Origin: Lama glama
Taxonomy: Eukaryota
Direction: 5' to 3'
Assembly (NCBI GenBank): GCA_028534125.1
Contig: CM052817.1
Span: 100,256,001-100,320,000 of the forward strand
DNA length: 64,000 bases
Of this stretch, positions 50,877 to 62,950 are shown piece after piece (the first letter of the stretch is position 1; every line of letters starts with the position of its first letter). The notes under the pieces are model-generated. The model searched no databases and was not told where the DNA came from. It saw nothing but the letters and a program-made list of their open reading frames with translations. The position numbers were made by a program, and so were the translations under genes.

Positions 50877-52152
50877 CCAGGGACCCAGGGGACACCCTCG
50901 AACCCTCCACCTTGCTGGGAAATTGCAAATCACCCAACAGGATGCTGGCCATGCAGCAGACTTCTGGAACCACCCAAAAGCTTTCTGCAGCAAATTCTTC
51001 CCAGAACTGACAAATGAGGAATGAACAAAAATCTAGTTTTTAAAGGGAAATGGTTTTCTATTGTGAACTGAAAGGAGGTGTCCGTGCAGAATGGAACCCA
51101 TTTGTCGATGCTTCTTGAGGCCTGGGAGGTGATGATCTAGATATGTCTCCAGGGTCCGGGAAGAATGGTCTGAAGGCCCACCTTCCCCACTGGCTGCCTC
51201 TTCCTAACGCAGCATCCAAGTTTTAGGCGGTGTGGTTGGAGGCAGAGAGAGAATGGCCCCAAACTGCACAGCTGAGTGTTCTCCAGCTGACAGAAGGTCA
51301 CTTCAGGGCAGAGGCAGCAGCTCCAGAAGAAGAAGATGGTCATTGTGCAGCAGGTCCTGGGCCCCATATTGAATCTCTCTTGCCCTTTTTCCCATCGGCA
51401 AAGCGAGAGACTGCTTGTCATTTGAAGAGATTGCCCCGAGCACCAGTGTTGACCGAAACTTCTCTGTCAGAGCCACTTTCTCAATGCAGTTAATAAGCAA
51501 GGGCTGCCACAGGCCCCCAGCCAGCCCCGCGCAGGCCTGGATGTCACCTGAGGGAGGTGTTGCCACAGTCTGGCTGAGTCCTTCCAGCTCCACTTTTGGA
51601 CACACTACAGCCAACTGACTTTCAGCAAGGAGCCTCTCTACTCCCGGAGCTGGTCGGCAGGCAGCCTGCCTGCAAGGCCTTTCTTCCCAGGCCTTGAGAA
51701 AAGGACCCAGAGATGCTGTCTCCACTCATGCATGCAGAGTCTTTGAACAAAGAAGCCTGTGTGAGTTGCAACAGCAGTGTCTGTGGGTCCAGGGCCTGGG
51801 CATCGCTGGGAACCCGGGCTGGAGGGCTTGCAGCGTGGCCGAGGGCGTGCACTGGAATACAGATTGCCCCCGAGCCTTTGGGGCTGAGCCCATCAGTGAT
51901 GGGGCCTGGCTCTGGCAGCCCGACATCCGGCTGTCAACAGCTTGCAGGCCTGTTCGCAGCATGGCCAACATCCTGTTTGGTGATTTGACAAGAGTCCCAG
52001 GCGCTCTTTCCGCATCAAAACTCAGGCCGGTGTGGGATGGCTGCATCTGGACGGCTGAGAGGTTCCCTGCCATGGGTCGGCCGCTTGCCCAGCTCAGAAG
52101 ATGCAGCTGGAGGCTCGGTGATAGCCCTCTACTTACTGCCCTCCATCCACAG

Positions 52153-52260
52153 ACCCTCCTAACCCAGGGGGACTCCATTCCAAGTGGAAAGATAGCTATC
52201 AGTTATTATAAGATACTGTCTTGGAAAAGAGCCGACACATTCCACCAGACTCTGATAAAG
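52153..52260 (+). other. Candidate 108-nt internal exon of an unidentified transcript
   Basis: CTTAC...CCCTCCATCCACAG acceptor and AAG|GTAAGA donor. One frame is open but matches no protein I recognise. Confidence 0.35.
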
Positions 52261-53104
52261 GTAAGAAAATCAAGGGATGGGCTCCTCCTCTATTTTTGCA
52301 GCAATCACACACCCCTAATCATAGTAACATCGCTGTGGGACCCTGTCTCAGGAGCACTGTCCAAGCCAGCAGGGATGCATTTAGTGCATTTCCCCCTGTA
52401 ATTCAGCTCCAGTGCCTTTGTGTGAGCAGTTTGCGAGAGGAACACAGGTTTGCTGTTTGCTTGTATCCCACTCAGTAAAATCATACACAGGGGAAGTGTG
52501 TCCCTTCCCTGTTCCCATCTCTGTAGGCTTGCGGCTCTCTTGTGTTCTTATTCTGCTGACACCTCCGTCTTCTCCCCATTTGTTGGGATTCTCCTGCCCT
52601 CTCTTCCTTCACTCACTTTCCTGGGCCAGATCCCTCAGGTCCCCTCGATTCTCACCAAGCAAACTCCCAACCCAGGTGCACGGAGGCCCTCACAGCCTTT
52701 GCCCCTGTTCTGGCTCTGAGACTGAGCACTCCCAGGGAACGGACGCTCGGTATCGGCCAGCCACCCTGAGTCCACGGCTGCCAACCTCCGCTGGGTCCTC
52801 AGTGCTGCCCACGTCACCTTTACCTGTCCCCGGAGAGCTCCCTCCTCTGTGCCCCAGGTGATCACCCCGAGTGTCCTAGCTCTCACCAGGGCTCCTGCTC
52901 AGCCTTCAGTCTCTTGTAGCCAGCACATAAACTTGCCTCTGACTTCACGGTCATCAGACTCACTCTCCTTCAGCTTCCCACCTGCTTCCTACCAACACCT
53001 CCACACGCACACTCGCCTTCCCCTTCAGTCTCAGAGGTGGCTCCCTCTTTCTGAGCCCTTTATTCTCCCCCTTGATGCCTGAGGACAGACTTTGATAGTT
53101 ATCC

Positions 53105-53172
53105 TGTTACCAAAGCCAAGTTCGTGTGCTCGCCGCGCCCTGGAAGGCTCCACAGGGTCCTGCTGGGTTACA
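53105..53172 (-). mobile_element. 68-bp internally deleted ERV1-type LTR with 4-bp TSD
   Basis: TGTTAC...GTTACA termini; ATCC at 53101-53104 and 53173-53176. Confidence 0.72.
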
Positions 53173-53248
53173 ATCCCCTCTTTCATTTTTGTAAAAATCT
53201 CTTCCATCCCCTATTAAGCCTTTAAATACACAGACTCTAAATAAAACG

Positions 53249-53450
53249 AGGCAGACCTGACTTTATTGCACTTCACTTTGTTGAGCTTTGCAGATAATTG
53301 TGGGGTTTTTTGTTTTATTTCATTTTGTTAACAAATTGAAACTCTGTGGTAACCCTGCATTGAGCGAGTCTATCGGCGCCATTTTTCCAACAAAATTTGC
53401 TCTGTGTCTCATTTTTTTGGCAACTCTCACAAAATTTCCAATATTCTCAT
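53249..53450 (+). mobile_element. Tigger1 left-end fragment
   Basis: TTTATTGCACTTCACTTT...ACAAATTGAA...GTGGTAACCCTGCATTGAGCGAGTCTATCGGCGCCATTTTTCCAACA. Confidence 0.88.
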
Positions 53451-53499
53451 GATTGGTACTCAAGTCTCATGCCCCACGTCTTCCTCTGGTCACTTCTCA

Positions 53500-54540
53500 G
53501 CACCCCTTTTCCCGCGCTCTTCCAGACGTCCTGCTGTGCAGACGTGTCTGTTCCCTCTCACCCTCTGGACTCCGCTGCTGTCACCCAGGTGAATAATGGC
53601 TTCCCTGATAACGAACTGAGCAGACTACACGCAGTCTTTTCCTCACTAGAACTTTCTGAGTCATTTGAGGGTATGGATTACACTTCTTTGAAGCTTCCTG
53701 ATCCTTTACATCCATATGCCCCTTTCTCTGGTTTCCATGGTCCCTCTGAAAGGGGCTGCTCTTCTTCCACCCGTCCCAGGCATGCAGTGGTCCCTCAGGA
53801 TTCCATTCTGACTCACTGCTCATCTTGTTCTGCCATGCATACAACGCACACTTCCTGGTGACATTCACCCTCTCTCAGGGGATGTGCGGGTAACTCCCAA
53901 ACCCCTTCCTCTAACTGCAGTCTTTGCCCCTAGATTCTCCCACAGGCACCACGTAGCCAGCATTTCCAGAACAGCAATCAGGGACACTTTCCCTGTTAAG
54001 CCACCTCTTGCCCACTTTGCTGAAGGCACCACCCCCTGCAGAGGTGGGGCTGCCGCCGCCAAGTTATTGTCTCCATCACGTTCTCCCAAGCATCTCTCAC
54101 ACTTACCTTTCTCCTCGCACTGTCTCTACCGTGACTCTCTCTCTCCTGATTCAATACAACAGCTTCGTGGATGTTTGCCCTGTTTGCAGCCCTGAACAGC
54201 ACCCATCCTGCTGCCAGAGTGACCCTTTGAAAGGCAGAACTGGACTTGTCAATTCCCTGCTTGAAACCCTCCCGTCCTCTCTCGTCTGGACTCTCAGCAG
54301 GTGGTACAGGCCCTCCTGACCGGAGCTGTGGCCCTTCCCTGCAGCCTTGCACTCTCTCTCCTGAGGCATGAGGGTCAGGTGCGGCCTCTTGTTTGCCCCT
54401 CCTGCCCTGTCTTTCTCCCCCTCCGCCCACTCATCTCTTCACTTGGCTAACTTACCCATCCTTTAAGATCAATCAAGTTGCCCTCCTCTCGTCGTTTGTC
54501 CTCCACAGTCACCTTGTGTGTGCTTTCATTTCACCCCAAG
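53500..54540 (+). mobile_element. L2 (degenerate ORF2/3' region)
   Basis: Pyrimidine-rich with CTGCTGTCACCCAGGT-AATAATG, CCTCAGGATTCCATTCT, CTGCCAGAGTGA, CCTGCTTGAAACCCT blocks. Confidence 0.6.
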
Positions 54541-54551
54541 CCTGTCCCCAT

Positions 54552-54719
54552 TACTACTAGGGGTTGAATTCTGTCCCCTAAATTGACCACTGAGGTCCCA
54601 ACTCCCGGTACCTCAGAATGTGATCTTATTTGGATCATTACAGATGTAATTAGTTATGATGAAGTCATTGTAACTCAATATAATGAGGGTATCCTTATAA
54701 AAAGAGGAAATTGGGACAA

Positions 54720-54772
<53 letters not shown>

Positions 54773-54826
54773 GAGGATGCTATATGAACATGCAGGCAGG
54801 GTTGGGGTGATGCTTCTACAAGCCAA

Positions 54827-54881
<55 letters not shown>

Positions 54882-55160
54882 GAGGATGCTATATGAACAT
54901 GCAGGCAGGGTTGGGGTGATGCTTCTACAAGCCAAAGACTGCCACAGATAGCCGGCACACCGCCAGAAGCTAAGGGAGAGGCCTGGAGCAGATTCTCTCC
55001 CACAGCCTCAGAAGGAACCAGCCCTGCCGACACCTGGATCTCACACTTCCAGCCTCCAGAACTGGGAGACATTACATTTCTGTTGTTTGAGCCACCCAAT
55101 TTGTGATACTTTGCTACAGCAAGTTCTGACAGCCCCTAGGAAACAAACAAACAAACCAAC
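54552..55160 (+). mobile_element. MaLR LTR (MLT1B/C-like)
   Basis: GGTTGAATTCTGTCCCC...TACCTCAGAATGTGA...CCTCAGAAGGAACCAGCCCTGCCGACACC...CCTCCAGAACTG. Confidence 0.88.
54717..54935. repeat. Tandem duplication (107 + 109 bp) containing a (CA)n microsatellite
   Basis: CAACACACACCA(CA)nGGGAGGATGCTATATG...CTACAAGC twice, identical except for one CA unit. Confidence 0.95.
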
Positions 55161-55519
55161 ACCATCTCACTCTTGGATTGCATAGTTACTGCCTGCCTGT
55201 GTCCCCCGCTTCCCTCATGAGCTTCTTAAGGGCAGATATGTGTCTTATTCATTCTGGTGTCTCCAGACTCCAAAACGGTGTCTTACAATGTCAAAAGGCT
55301 CAAGTGTTTGATGAACGAACGAAGGAAAGCACATCATTACAAAACAAAGTGCACACTCAGAAGCTAAACTGGTACACTGCATCTCAGCTCCCTAGGTTTC
55401 TGTTTTCCCATGGCTCATTGTTGAATCTGTCCCTGTCTGCCTTTTCCTTTGGGTGGGTGTGCTGGTGGTCCTCTAGACGGCCTTCAGAGGAGCATTCTGC
55501 CCTTTTCTGCCTGTTTCCT

Positions 55520-55750
55520 CCTCTGGCTACAGGTCCTGCCATGCGGCCCCCTCTTAGGTTCCAGTTCTCACTAGGTTCTGGCCACTGTGCTCTGCCCTCT
55601 GGTCCTTTAGGGCCTACGGATGCTTAGGACATCCTACTGTGACTAGTCCCAGGACTTCATTCCTTGGTGTCCCCTTTCATTCTGCCCACTCCTCTGGAAA
55701 TAGTTTGTCCATTCAACTCTGATGAGCCATCTGTTTCCTGCTGGGACCCA
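55520..55750 (+). mobile_element. LTR33-like ERVL fragment
   Basis: CTGCCCACTCCTCTGGAAATAGT...GCCATCTGTTTCCTGCTGGGACCC. Confidence 0.6.
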
Positions 55751-56668
55751 TAGGTGGGTAGGAACTGAGATGACAAACATGGTGCAAAAATAATTGCTTG
55801 CTTTTTTTAAAAAAAAATAGTCTTTTAAATCCAACTGCTCAATTCCCTTCCAGTTCTGTTTTCAATGCACCACATACCTAGCATTTTTACATAAAGCCTG
55901 TTCTTTGAACTTATCTGTGTATTCGACTAAATATAGAAAATGTTTAGTTTAATTTGACATTTTATTCAATACTTGCAATTTTCCAGTAACAGTGATGGGC
56001 ACTGGGGACTTGAAAGAGGAAAAGATCCTGTTTCTGCTTGAGAAGACCCAGAGTTTAGTAGGAGAGAAAGACATGTCATCCATAGAGCCCGGGGCGGTGG
56101 GAGCACTGAGGTGGGCACTGTGTCAGGCCTGGGGCTCGTCCCTCATCTGCACTGACACTGAAATGTGGATTTTCCCCTCCCCATCTAGACATCCTAGAGC
56201 CATACTGGTCCTTTGATTCCAGCTGTTTTTCATAGAATCATCTTCAGATTTTTTTCATCAGACAAATGCTTCCTGGCAGCCAAATACACACAAGATGATT
56301 ATTTAACATGTTTTGGGTCAAACTTCCATCTTCTACTTTCTTTTTTCCTAACATTATAAGTCCCTTGTGTTGTCGATGGCTTTGAATGATCACCTGGACC
56401 AGCAATTCTCTGGATGATCACAAGAGTAGTCTTTTCAAAGCAGGCCCCTGAACCTTATAGTCATCTTCTAAATCAAAACCTCTGGGGAGGAGAGGGGAAA
56501 GGAGGAAAGGGAGACCTGGGAGATCAGAATGTTTCTTTTTGAAGCCCTTGTAAGTATTCTGAGGTTCAGTCTGCTTGGGAACCATTATCCTGGATTAACT
56601 CTTATTTACAGCAACTGTAATTTAGACCGAGCTTTTTCCAAATGCTCCTCAGCCATCTGAGTGTGTTC

Positions 56669-58300
56669 TATTGGCGTGAGGATAGACCTGTAGATCAATG
56701 GGATATAATTGAAAGTCCAGAAATAAACCTTGACATTTGTGGTCAATTGATTTTCTTCAAGGGCATCAAGACCAGTCAGTGGGGGAAAGAATAGCCCTTT
56801 CAACAAATGGTGCTGGTACAAGTGGATATCTACATGTACAAGAATGAGGTTGGACCCTTACCTTGTGTCATACACAAAAGGTAACTCAAAATGGATAAAT
56901 GACCTAATACAAGATCTAGAACTATAGAACTCATAGAAGAAAACATAGGCATAAATTTTCATAATCTTGGATTAGACAGTAGTTTCTTAGATGTGGCACC
57001 GAATGCTCAAGAAATTTTTAAAAACAGATAAATTCAACCTCATCAAAATTAAAAGTTCTTGTGCATCCAAAGGCCATCAAGAGAATGAAAAGCTAGTTCA
57101 CAGAATGGGAGAAAATATTTGCAAAAAGTGTATCTGATAAGGGATTAATAGCCACAATATATAAAGAATGACAACTCAACAACAACAACAACAGAAATAT
57201 GCAAACATTACCTAGTCTGCACTAGTCAGGTAATTTGCCTGAGAGACTCCTGCTGCCCCCCAAAAGAAGGTGACTTTGCCTGAAACAATTCATTCTGTGC
57301 TAGAATAACTTCCTTGCCCCACCTCCTTCTGACTATGTCTTCCAGTTTGTATGGTTCTTCAGAGCTTCTTTCTATCTGCTAAGATGGGATGGTGCCTGAT
57401 TCATGAACCTTTAAGTAAAGCCATTTAGATCTTTAAATTAAAAAAAAAATCTGAATAACCCAGTTTTAAAAAGACTTTGAATTGACTTTTCTCCAAAGAA
57501 GATATACAAATGGTCAATAAGCACAGGAAAAGACGCTCAACTAGTCACTAGGGAAATGCTAATCAACACCACAAAGAGCTACCACTTCACACCCACTAGG
57601 CTAGCTATCAAAAAAAAAAAATGGACATTAACAAGTGTTGCTGAGAATATGAAAAAGTTGGAACCTTCAGGCACTTCTGGTGGGAATATAAAGTGGTTCA
57701 GCCATGGTGGAAAACAATTTTGTCAGTTCCTCAGGATCTAGAAATTCTGCTTTCTTGGGTTTATGCCCAAGAGAATTTGAAACATACGTCCATACAATAA
57801 CTTGCACACAAATATTTATATCAATATTAGTCATATTAGCCAAAAAGTGGAAACAATCCAAATGACCATCAACTGACGAACAGATAAATAAAATGTGGTA
57901 TATATTCGTACAATGACATATAATTCAGCCATAAAAAGGAACAGAGTACTGATACCTGCTACAATATGGAAGAACCACAAAAACATTATGTGAAATGAAA
58001 AAAGCCAGTCACAAAAGACTACATACTGTATGATTCTTTTAACAGGAAATAGTTAGAATAAGCAAATTTTGTAGTGACCAGAAAGTAGTTTAGTGATTGC
58101 CAACGGCTGAGGGGAGGGGTGCATAGGGGGTGACTGGTAATGAGTATGGATTTCTTTTGGAGTGATAAAAATGTTCTGGAATTAGATAATGGTGATGATT
58201 GTACACCTTTGTGAAAATACTTTTTTAAAAAACACACTGAATTGTACAATTTAAAAGGGTGAATTTTATGATATGTGGATTATTTCTCAGTTTTAAAAAA
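56669..58300 (+). mobile_element. Old L1 (L1MB/MC-like) ORF2 3' part and 3' UTR, disrupted
   Basis: TTTTCAACAAATGGTGCTGG, GAATGGGAGAAAATATTTGCAAA, TTCTCCAAAGAAGATATACAAATGG, CAGCCATAAAAAGGAA. Confidence 0.93.
57200..57449 (+). mobile_element. ERV1-type LTR fragment ending in an A tail, nested in L1
   Basis: CTTTCTATCTGCTA...GCCTGATTCATGAA...AGTAAAGCCATTTAGATCTTTAAA followed by A10. Confidence 0.6.
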
Positions 58301-58509
58301 TTAATGAATTTCTAAGACTGCCTGGGTATCTAGAGCCCAGGAATCTGCATTTGGAACAAGTCCTGAAGACGATTCTTAGGCTCACTGAGATTTGAAAGCC
58401 AGAGTATCTCACTTGTATCACTTTATCCACTGAAAGTCTGAAGAATTTTAAACCTGTCCAAAACCAAAACAAACAAAAGGCAGAAAACAGACAACCCAGG
58501 GCATAGAAA

Positions 58510-59100
58510 GTGATCATTCACTGAATGATCTAAATATTTAGCTGCCGCCTGCTGTGTAGCAAGTAGCATGCTGGGCTCAGTGAGCTAGTCACAAAGCCCG
58601 CCTTATAGGAGTTTAGAGCTCAGGAGGGACTCAAACATGCAAACTAGTGACAGTGCAAAGAGACAATTGTGACATCTGCTTTAACGGGGGTTTGTTCAGA
58701 GTAGGGCAAGGGCAGCAGGGGCCCCAGGGCTGGCTTGGAGGAGCCAGAGGATGAGGTCGTGTTTGAGTTGTGGCTCAAGACCTGTGTACCTAGCAAGGTG
58801 GAAGAGAGTATGAAAGAGGGATAGGAGCGCCTTCCAGGCAGAGGAACAGCATGTGCAAAGGCACAGAGGTTTGGGAGAGCTTGGCATGTTAGCGCATCTA
58901 CAACAGGTTGGAACAAAATGCCCTAGGGAGAGGAGGCAAGGGAACAAGCAGGGACTTGGCTTGCTGCACAGTGAGGAGCTACTGGAGAATTTAGAAAACT
59001 AGGGTACCGGTCCTGGTTTGGGAAGGGCCATCTGATGGGAGGATGGGAGACTGAGACAGAGGGAACAGAAGAACCTAGAGACTGAAGGGGAAAAGATGTT
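58510..59100 (-). mobile_element. L2
   Basis: TTCCAGGCAGAGGAACAGCATGTGCAAAGGCACAGAGG core. Confidence 0.75.
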
Positions 59101-59195
59101 GTCTGAAATGCTGAAAGTTCAAACAAGGGCAGGAGAAGGGAGAGGAGGAGCAAGACTGTGTCTAAACTCATTTAGGAAGAGGCACCTGTCGTCCC

Positions 59196-59322
59196 GGGGG
59201 ATTGACCGAATATATCGTAGGATGGTCAGCAGCCTCCCTGGCCTCCACCCACTAGATGCTAGTAGTACATTTCCAGGTGTGAAAAACAAAGAAACAAACA
59301 AATAACTCCAGAAGTTGCCTGT
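59196..59322. mobile_element. MER20 fragment
   Basis: GTAGGATGGTCAGCAGCCTCCCTGGCCTCCACCCACTAGATGCTAGTAG. Confidence 0.8.
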
Positions 59323-59622
59323 GGCCTTTCATGCAGGGTGCTTTTGAGTGAGTGGATGAGAGGGAGCTTAGTGATCGGGTCGTATGACCATCTTTGTGCG
59401 TGTCTGCTAATAAGTGCCTGTGGATGAGGCAGAATCTGGTCTGCATAGTGCTGTGATTGTGAGGTTGTTGGGGTGCAGAACCATAGCCTTATCTTCCTCT
59501 AACGGCTGGGAGATACCACTGGTTACCAGACAGATGTTCATTGTGAACAACCAACCTGACCCAGGCTGGTTGGCACCAGAGCTGTTTTGTTGTCTTCTGG
59601 CTGGACAGGAGATGCCCGTCCT

Positions 59623-60011
59623 TATTTTAAATTAACTAAACAAGGAAGCCATGGCACTGAGGGGGCTTTAATGCCTTAGCAGCCTAAGCCAACCGAAACC
59701 TAAGTCCGAAATGCCTCAAGGTTAAGAAATCAAAACCTCAGGACAACCAATCACATACACCCAACTAGACTTTCCCAGATAAGGCAACTATAGGCTACAT
59801 CCAGTCAAGTCATTTCCTTGCTTTGCTTCCACCTCTTCTCTATAAAAATCTTCCAAAAAAACTAACTAAATAAAAAGTCTTCCCCTCCCTGTCCACAGCT
59901 CCTGTCAGTGGAGGGTTTCTAGCCACTTCCGGTTTGGTGTTTCCCGATTGGAATCGATTTTTGCTCAAATAAACTCAAACATTTTAATATGCTTCAGTTT
60001 ATCTTTTAATA
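59623..60011 (+). mobile_element. ERV1 solo LTR (MER57/MER72-like)
   Basis: AACCGAAACCTAA, ACCAATCAC (CCAAT), CTATAAAA (TATA), CCCGATT...TTTGCTCAAATAAACTC...TCTTTTAATA end. Confidence 0.72.
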
Positions 60012-61038
60012 CCTGAAACAGAGGATCCCTGAGAGAAGGCGCATGGCCAGGAGCAAGAGGGAAGACTGTTGCACCGGTTCCTGGAGCCCTCATCTTCTTT
60101 CCCTCCCTCCCTCTCTTTCTCTCTCTGGCCTGTTCCTGAAAAAAATTATCTGTTAATTGAATAGCTTAACATCGAATCCTTCTCCCGTTTAACTTACAGA
60201 AGCCCCGTGATTCAGTGCTAAAGGCTCCAACTGGCTGCATTTTAGCTTTTGGCCTCTTTATAAAATGAGGAATGATCTGTAAATAAACACGTACAGAGAC
60301 TGGTTAAAGCACCCGCTCTTTAGAGGCCCCCTGTGGTGAATCCTTTTTGTAAATGGTGGAACTGTCAGGTTTATCTTCTCTGTAAATATGGATTTTCCCA
60401 TTTTGGATGTTGTGTTGGTGAAACCTGTACCACTGATGTGAATCCACAACGTGCTGCCGCCTCCTCTGTCTCCTTTTCACCTGATCGCTCCATCCGGTTA
60501 TTCAACACGCCTTTATTGAGCACCTACTGTGTGCCACAGAGATGAGCAAGGCAGCCCCTGTCCTCAGTGATGTAGCATCTGGGAGGGGAAATGGACAAGA
60601 GAATGACCCCACATAGTCTGATGGGAGAAGAACCCCTTGCTGAGCCCCAGGAGACCAGGAAGTCATTTCCTGACAATCCTTGTGCTGTTCAGGGGAAGAC
60701 AAAGGGCAAGTAGCCAAGTAGACGGAAGGCGAAGCACCCAGGAGGGCAAAGGACCCCCATGTTCGAAAGCAAGGAGGTGAGAGAGAGGCTTTTCAGAATG
60801 ACTCCAGCTGAGTGCGGATGTGGAGCAATAAAGGGCTACAGCTGGAGGAATAAGCAGAACCACGAAACCACACAGAGGACTTGGGATTTTATTCTTAAAG
60901 TGATGCAGGACCATTGACAGGAGGACACACAAGAGGCCATGGACAAACTGCACTGGTAAAAGATGACGTCAGTAGCTCCTGTGGAAAGTGGATCAAAGAG
61001 GGGTAAAAGCAGTGTCAGGGAGACCTGTCAAAGGGTGT

Positions 61039-61382
61039 TGTCTTTGTCCATTCAGGCTGCTGTCACAGAACACCATCAACGAGGGGGTTTACAAAGAACA
61101 AATGTTTATTTCTCACCCTTCTAGAAGCTGGGATGCTGGCAGATTTTGGTGTTGGATGAGGACCCATTACCTCACTGACATCTGTTTTCTCCATGTAACC
61201 TCACAGGGAGGAAGGGACCAGCTAGCTTTCTAGAGTCCCTTTTATCAGGGCACTAATCCCATTCATGAAGGTTCTCATGACCCAGTCACCTCCCAAAGGC
61301 CCCACTTCTTAATGCCATCACACTGGGAGTGAGAATTTCAACATACACATTTGGGGAGGACACAAATTTTCAGATCACAGCA
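61039..61382 (-). mobile_element. MaLR LTR (MLT1A0-like) nested in L2
   Basis: GTCCATTCAGGCTGCT...GGGCACTAATCCCATTCATGA...CACCTCCCAAAGGCCCCAC...GGGGAGGACACAAA. Confidence 0.88.
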
Positions 61383-61729
61383 GACATCAAAGCCATCCAG
61401 GTAAGAAGCAAGACAGTTTTGAGCCAGAGATTTTTATCCTTGGACCTGGTGGTATCCGGGGAGGGGAGCCCAGGACTGAGGTTGGGGCAGCTCCAACCCT
61501 TACCTGGAGAGGATGCGCAAAAAAGGAAAGTCCTTGCAGTGTTGGTGACACCTCCCTTAGATTCGAATCCCTGGGTGACAGAGATGACAGACGGGTTTCC
61601 TCACTGGGCTTTGGAGAATCTAGAAACCCTTTTGTGAAAGTTGTGTTGTTTGTGTGCATATTTTACTGAGAAGAGGACCCACAGCTTTCATCAGATTCAC
61701 AAGGGTTCCATGACACCGAACCAAGGCTC

Positions 61730-62950
61730 CAGAGTGAGGGTGGAGAAATCAGACTGAATGGAAGAGAGATTTAGAAAGATTCACTGGGAATTATGACAGA
61801 TGGGATGCGGGTGGAGAGGAGAGGGAGGGAACGTGGCCCAAGGCCAGGCTTCTGGCTTAGACCATGATTAGGAAAATTGTGCATCTTTCACCTAGAATCC
61901 TGGTGAAAGCACAGTTTGGGGCTAGAGGGTAGGAGTCGGGGAGGAGATAAATTATTCATTCATCAATTATGTATATTGACTTCTTACTCTGTCTCAAATA
62001 GTGTTCTAGGCATTGAGGATTCAGCTAAATAAAGAAACTTGTATTCTAGTGAAGGTAAACAGACAAACACATTCACGTGTGATAACTGATGAGATAGAGA
62101 GGAAGGGGCTGCTATTTTGATAGGCTGGTCGGAGAAGCTTCCGTGAACCGCTGATATTTCAGCAGAAACCTGAGTGAGGTGAGGGAGAGAAGTCTGCGGC
62201 TATCTGATCTGGGGCAATCGCATTTCAGGCAGAGGGAACAACCTGGACAAATGCCCTGTGATGAGTGTATCCTTGGCTTACTGGAGGACCAGCAAGGAAG
62301 CCAGCCTGGGTTGAGCAGAGTGAATCATGAGAAAAGACCAGATGGTGAGGCAGAGGATCAGGAAGCTAGAGGTTGGATCACTTAAGCCTCAGCCCTGGAG
62401 GACTATAGTAATAATTCTGGATTTTTTTCTGAGTGCAATGGGAAGTCACTGGTGAGTGCTAAGTAGGAGAAGGACCCAAGTTAAGTAGGGGACACACTGA
62501 GTTTGGAAGGGTGTGTGAGACGTCCAGGTGGAGGGAGGCAGCAGGCATTGGATATGATCCCACAAAGGGCTGAGGTTGGGATATACCTGGAGGATCCTCA
62601 TCACATAGATGGTGATGGAGAGCATGGGTGCAGACACGTTTGCCTTGGAATGCTGTAGAAGGTGATGAGAAGGGGAGTTAACCAACAGTTAAGGAGTAGA
62701 GAGAAGGAATTTATGAAGAATATTAAAAAGGAGCAACAAGAGAGGAAAGAGGAAGAAGGGAAATCATCAAAGTAACGGGTGAGAAATTCTGAAGGTCAAC
62801 AGTCTCAGATGCCACAGAGAGTCACCCAAAGTCCAAACAGTATGCTTTGCCCTTCTCAATCTATAAGATAGTGCAGAGGAATTGGAAGTGGGAAGATTAC
62901 AGCAGACTAAGGAATCAACCAGCAGTGGTGAGTTAGTGTGGACATCATCT
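61730..62950 (-). mobile_element. L2 fragments (nested)
   Basis: TTCATTCATCAA...GTGTTCTAGGCATTG, TTCAGGCAGAGGGAACA, TTCTGAGTGCAATGGGAAGTCACTGG, GTGAGACGTCCAGGTGGAG. Confidence 0.72.

Noticed and set aside
51694..52401. Longest ORF (235 aa)
   Set aside because: Starts at TTG, has the Trp/Cys/Arg-rich composition of GC-rich non-coding DNA and no recognisable domain. Only the embedded 108-nt exon candidate is kept.
54583..55099. HTHTHT / CVCVCV ORFs
   Set aside because: Translations of (CA)n inside an MLT1 LTR.
60320..60340. CTCF-like GCCCCCTGTGG
   Set aside because: Spacing of the CCAC half does not fit the core consensus.
61391..61406. Strong donor CAG|GTAAGA at 61400/61401
   Set aside because: Lies at an MLT1A/L2 boundary with no clear partner acceptor; cannot support an exon.
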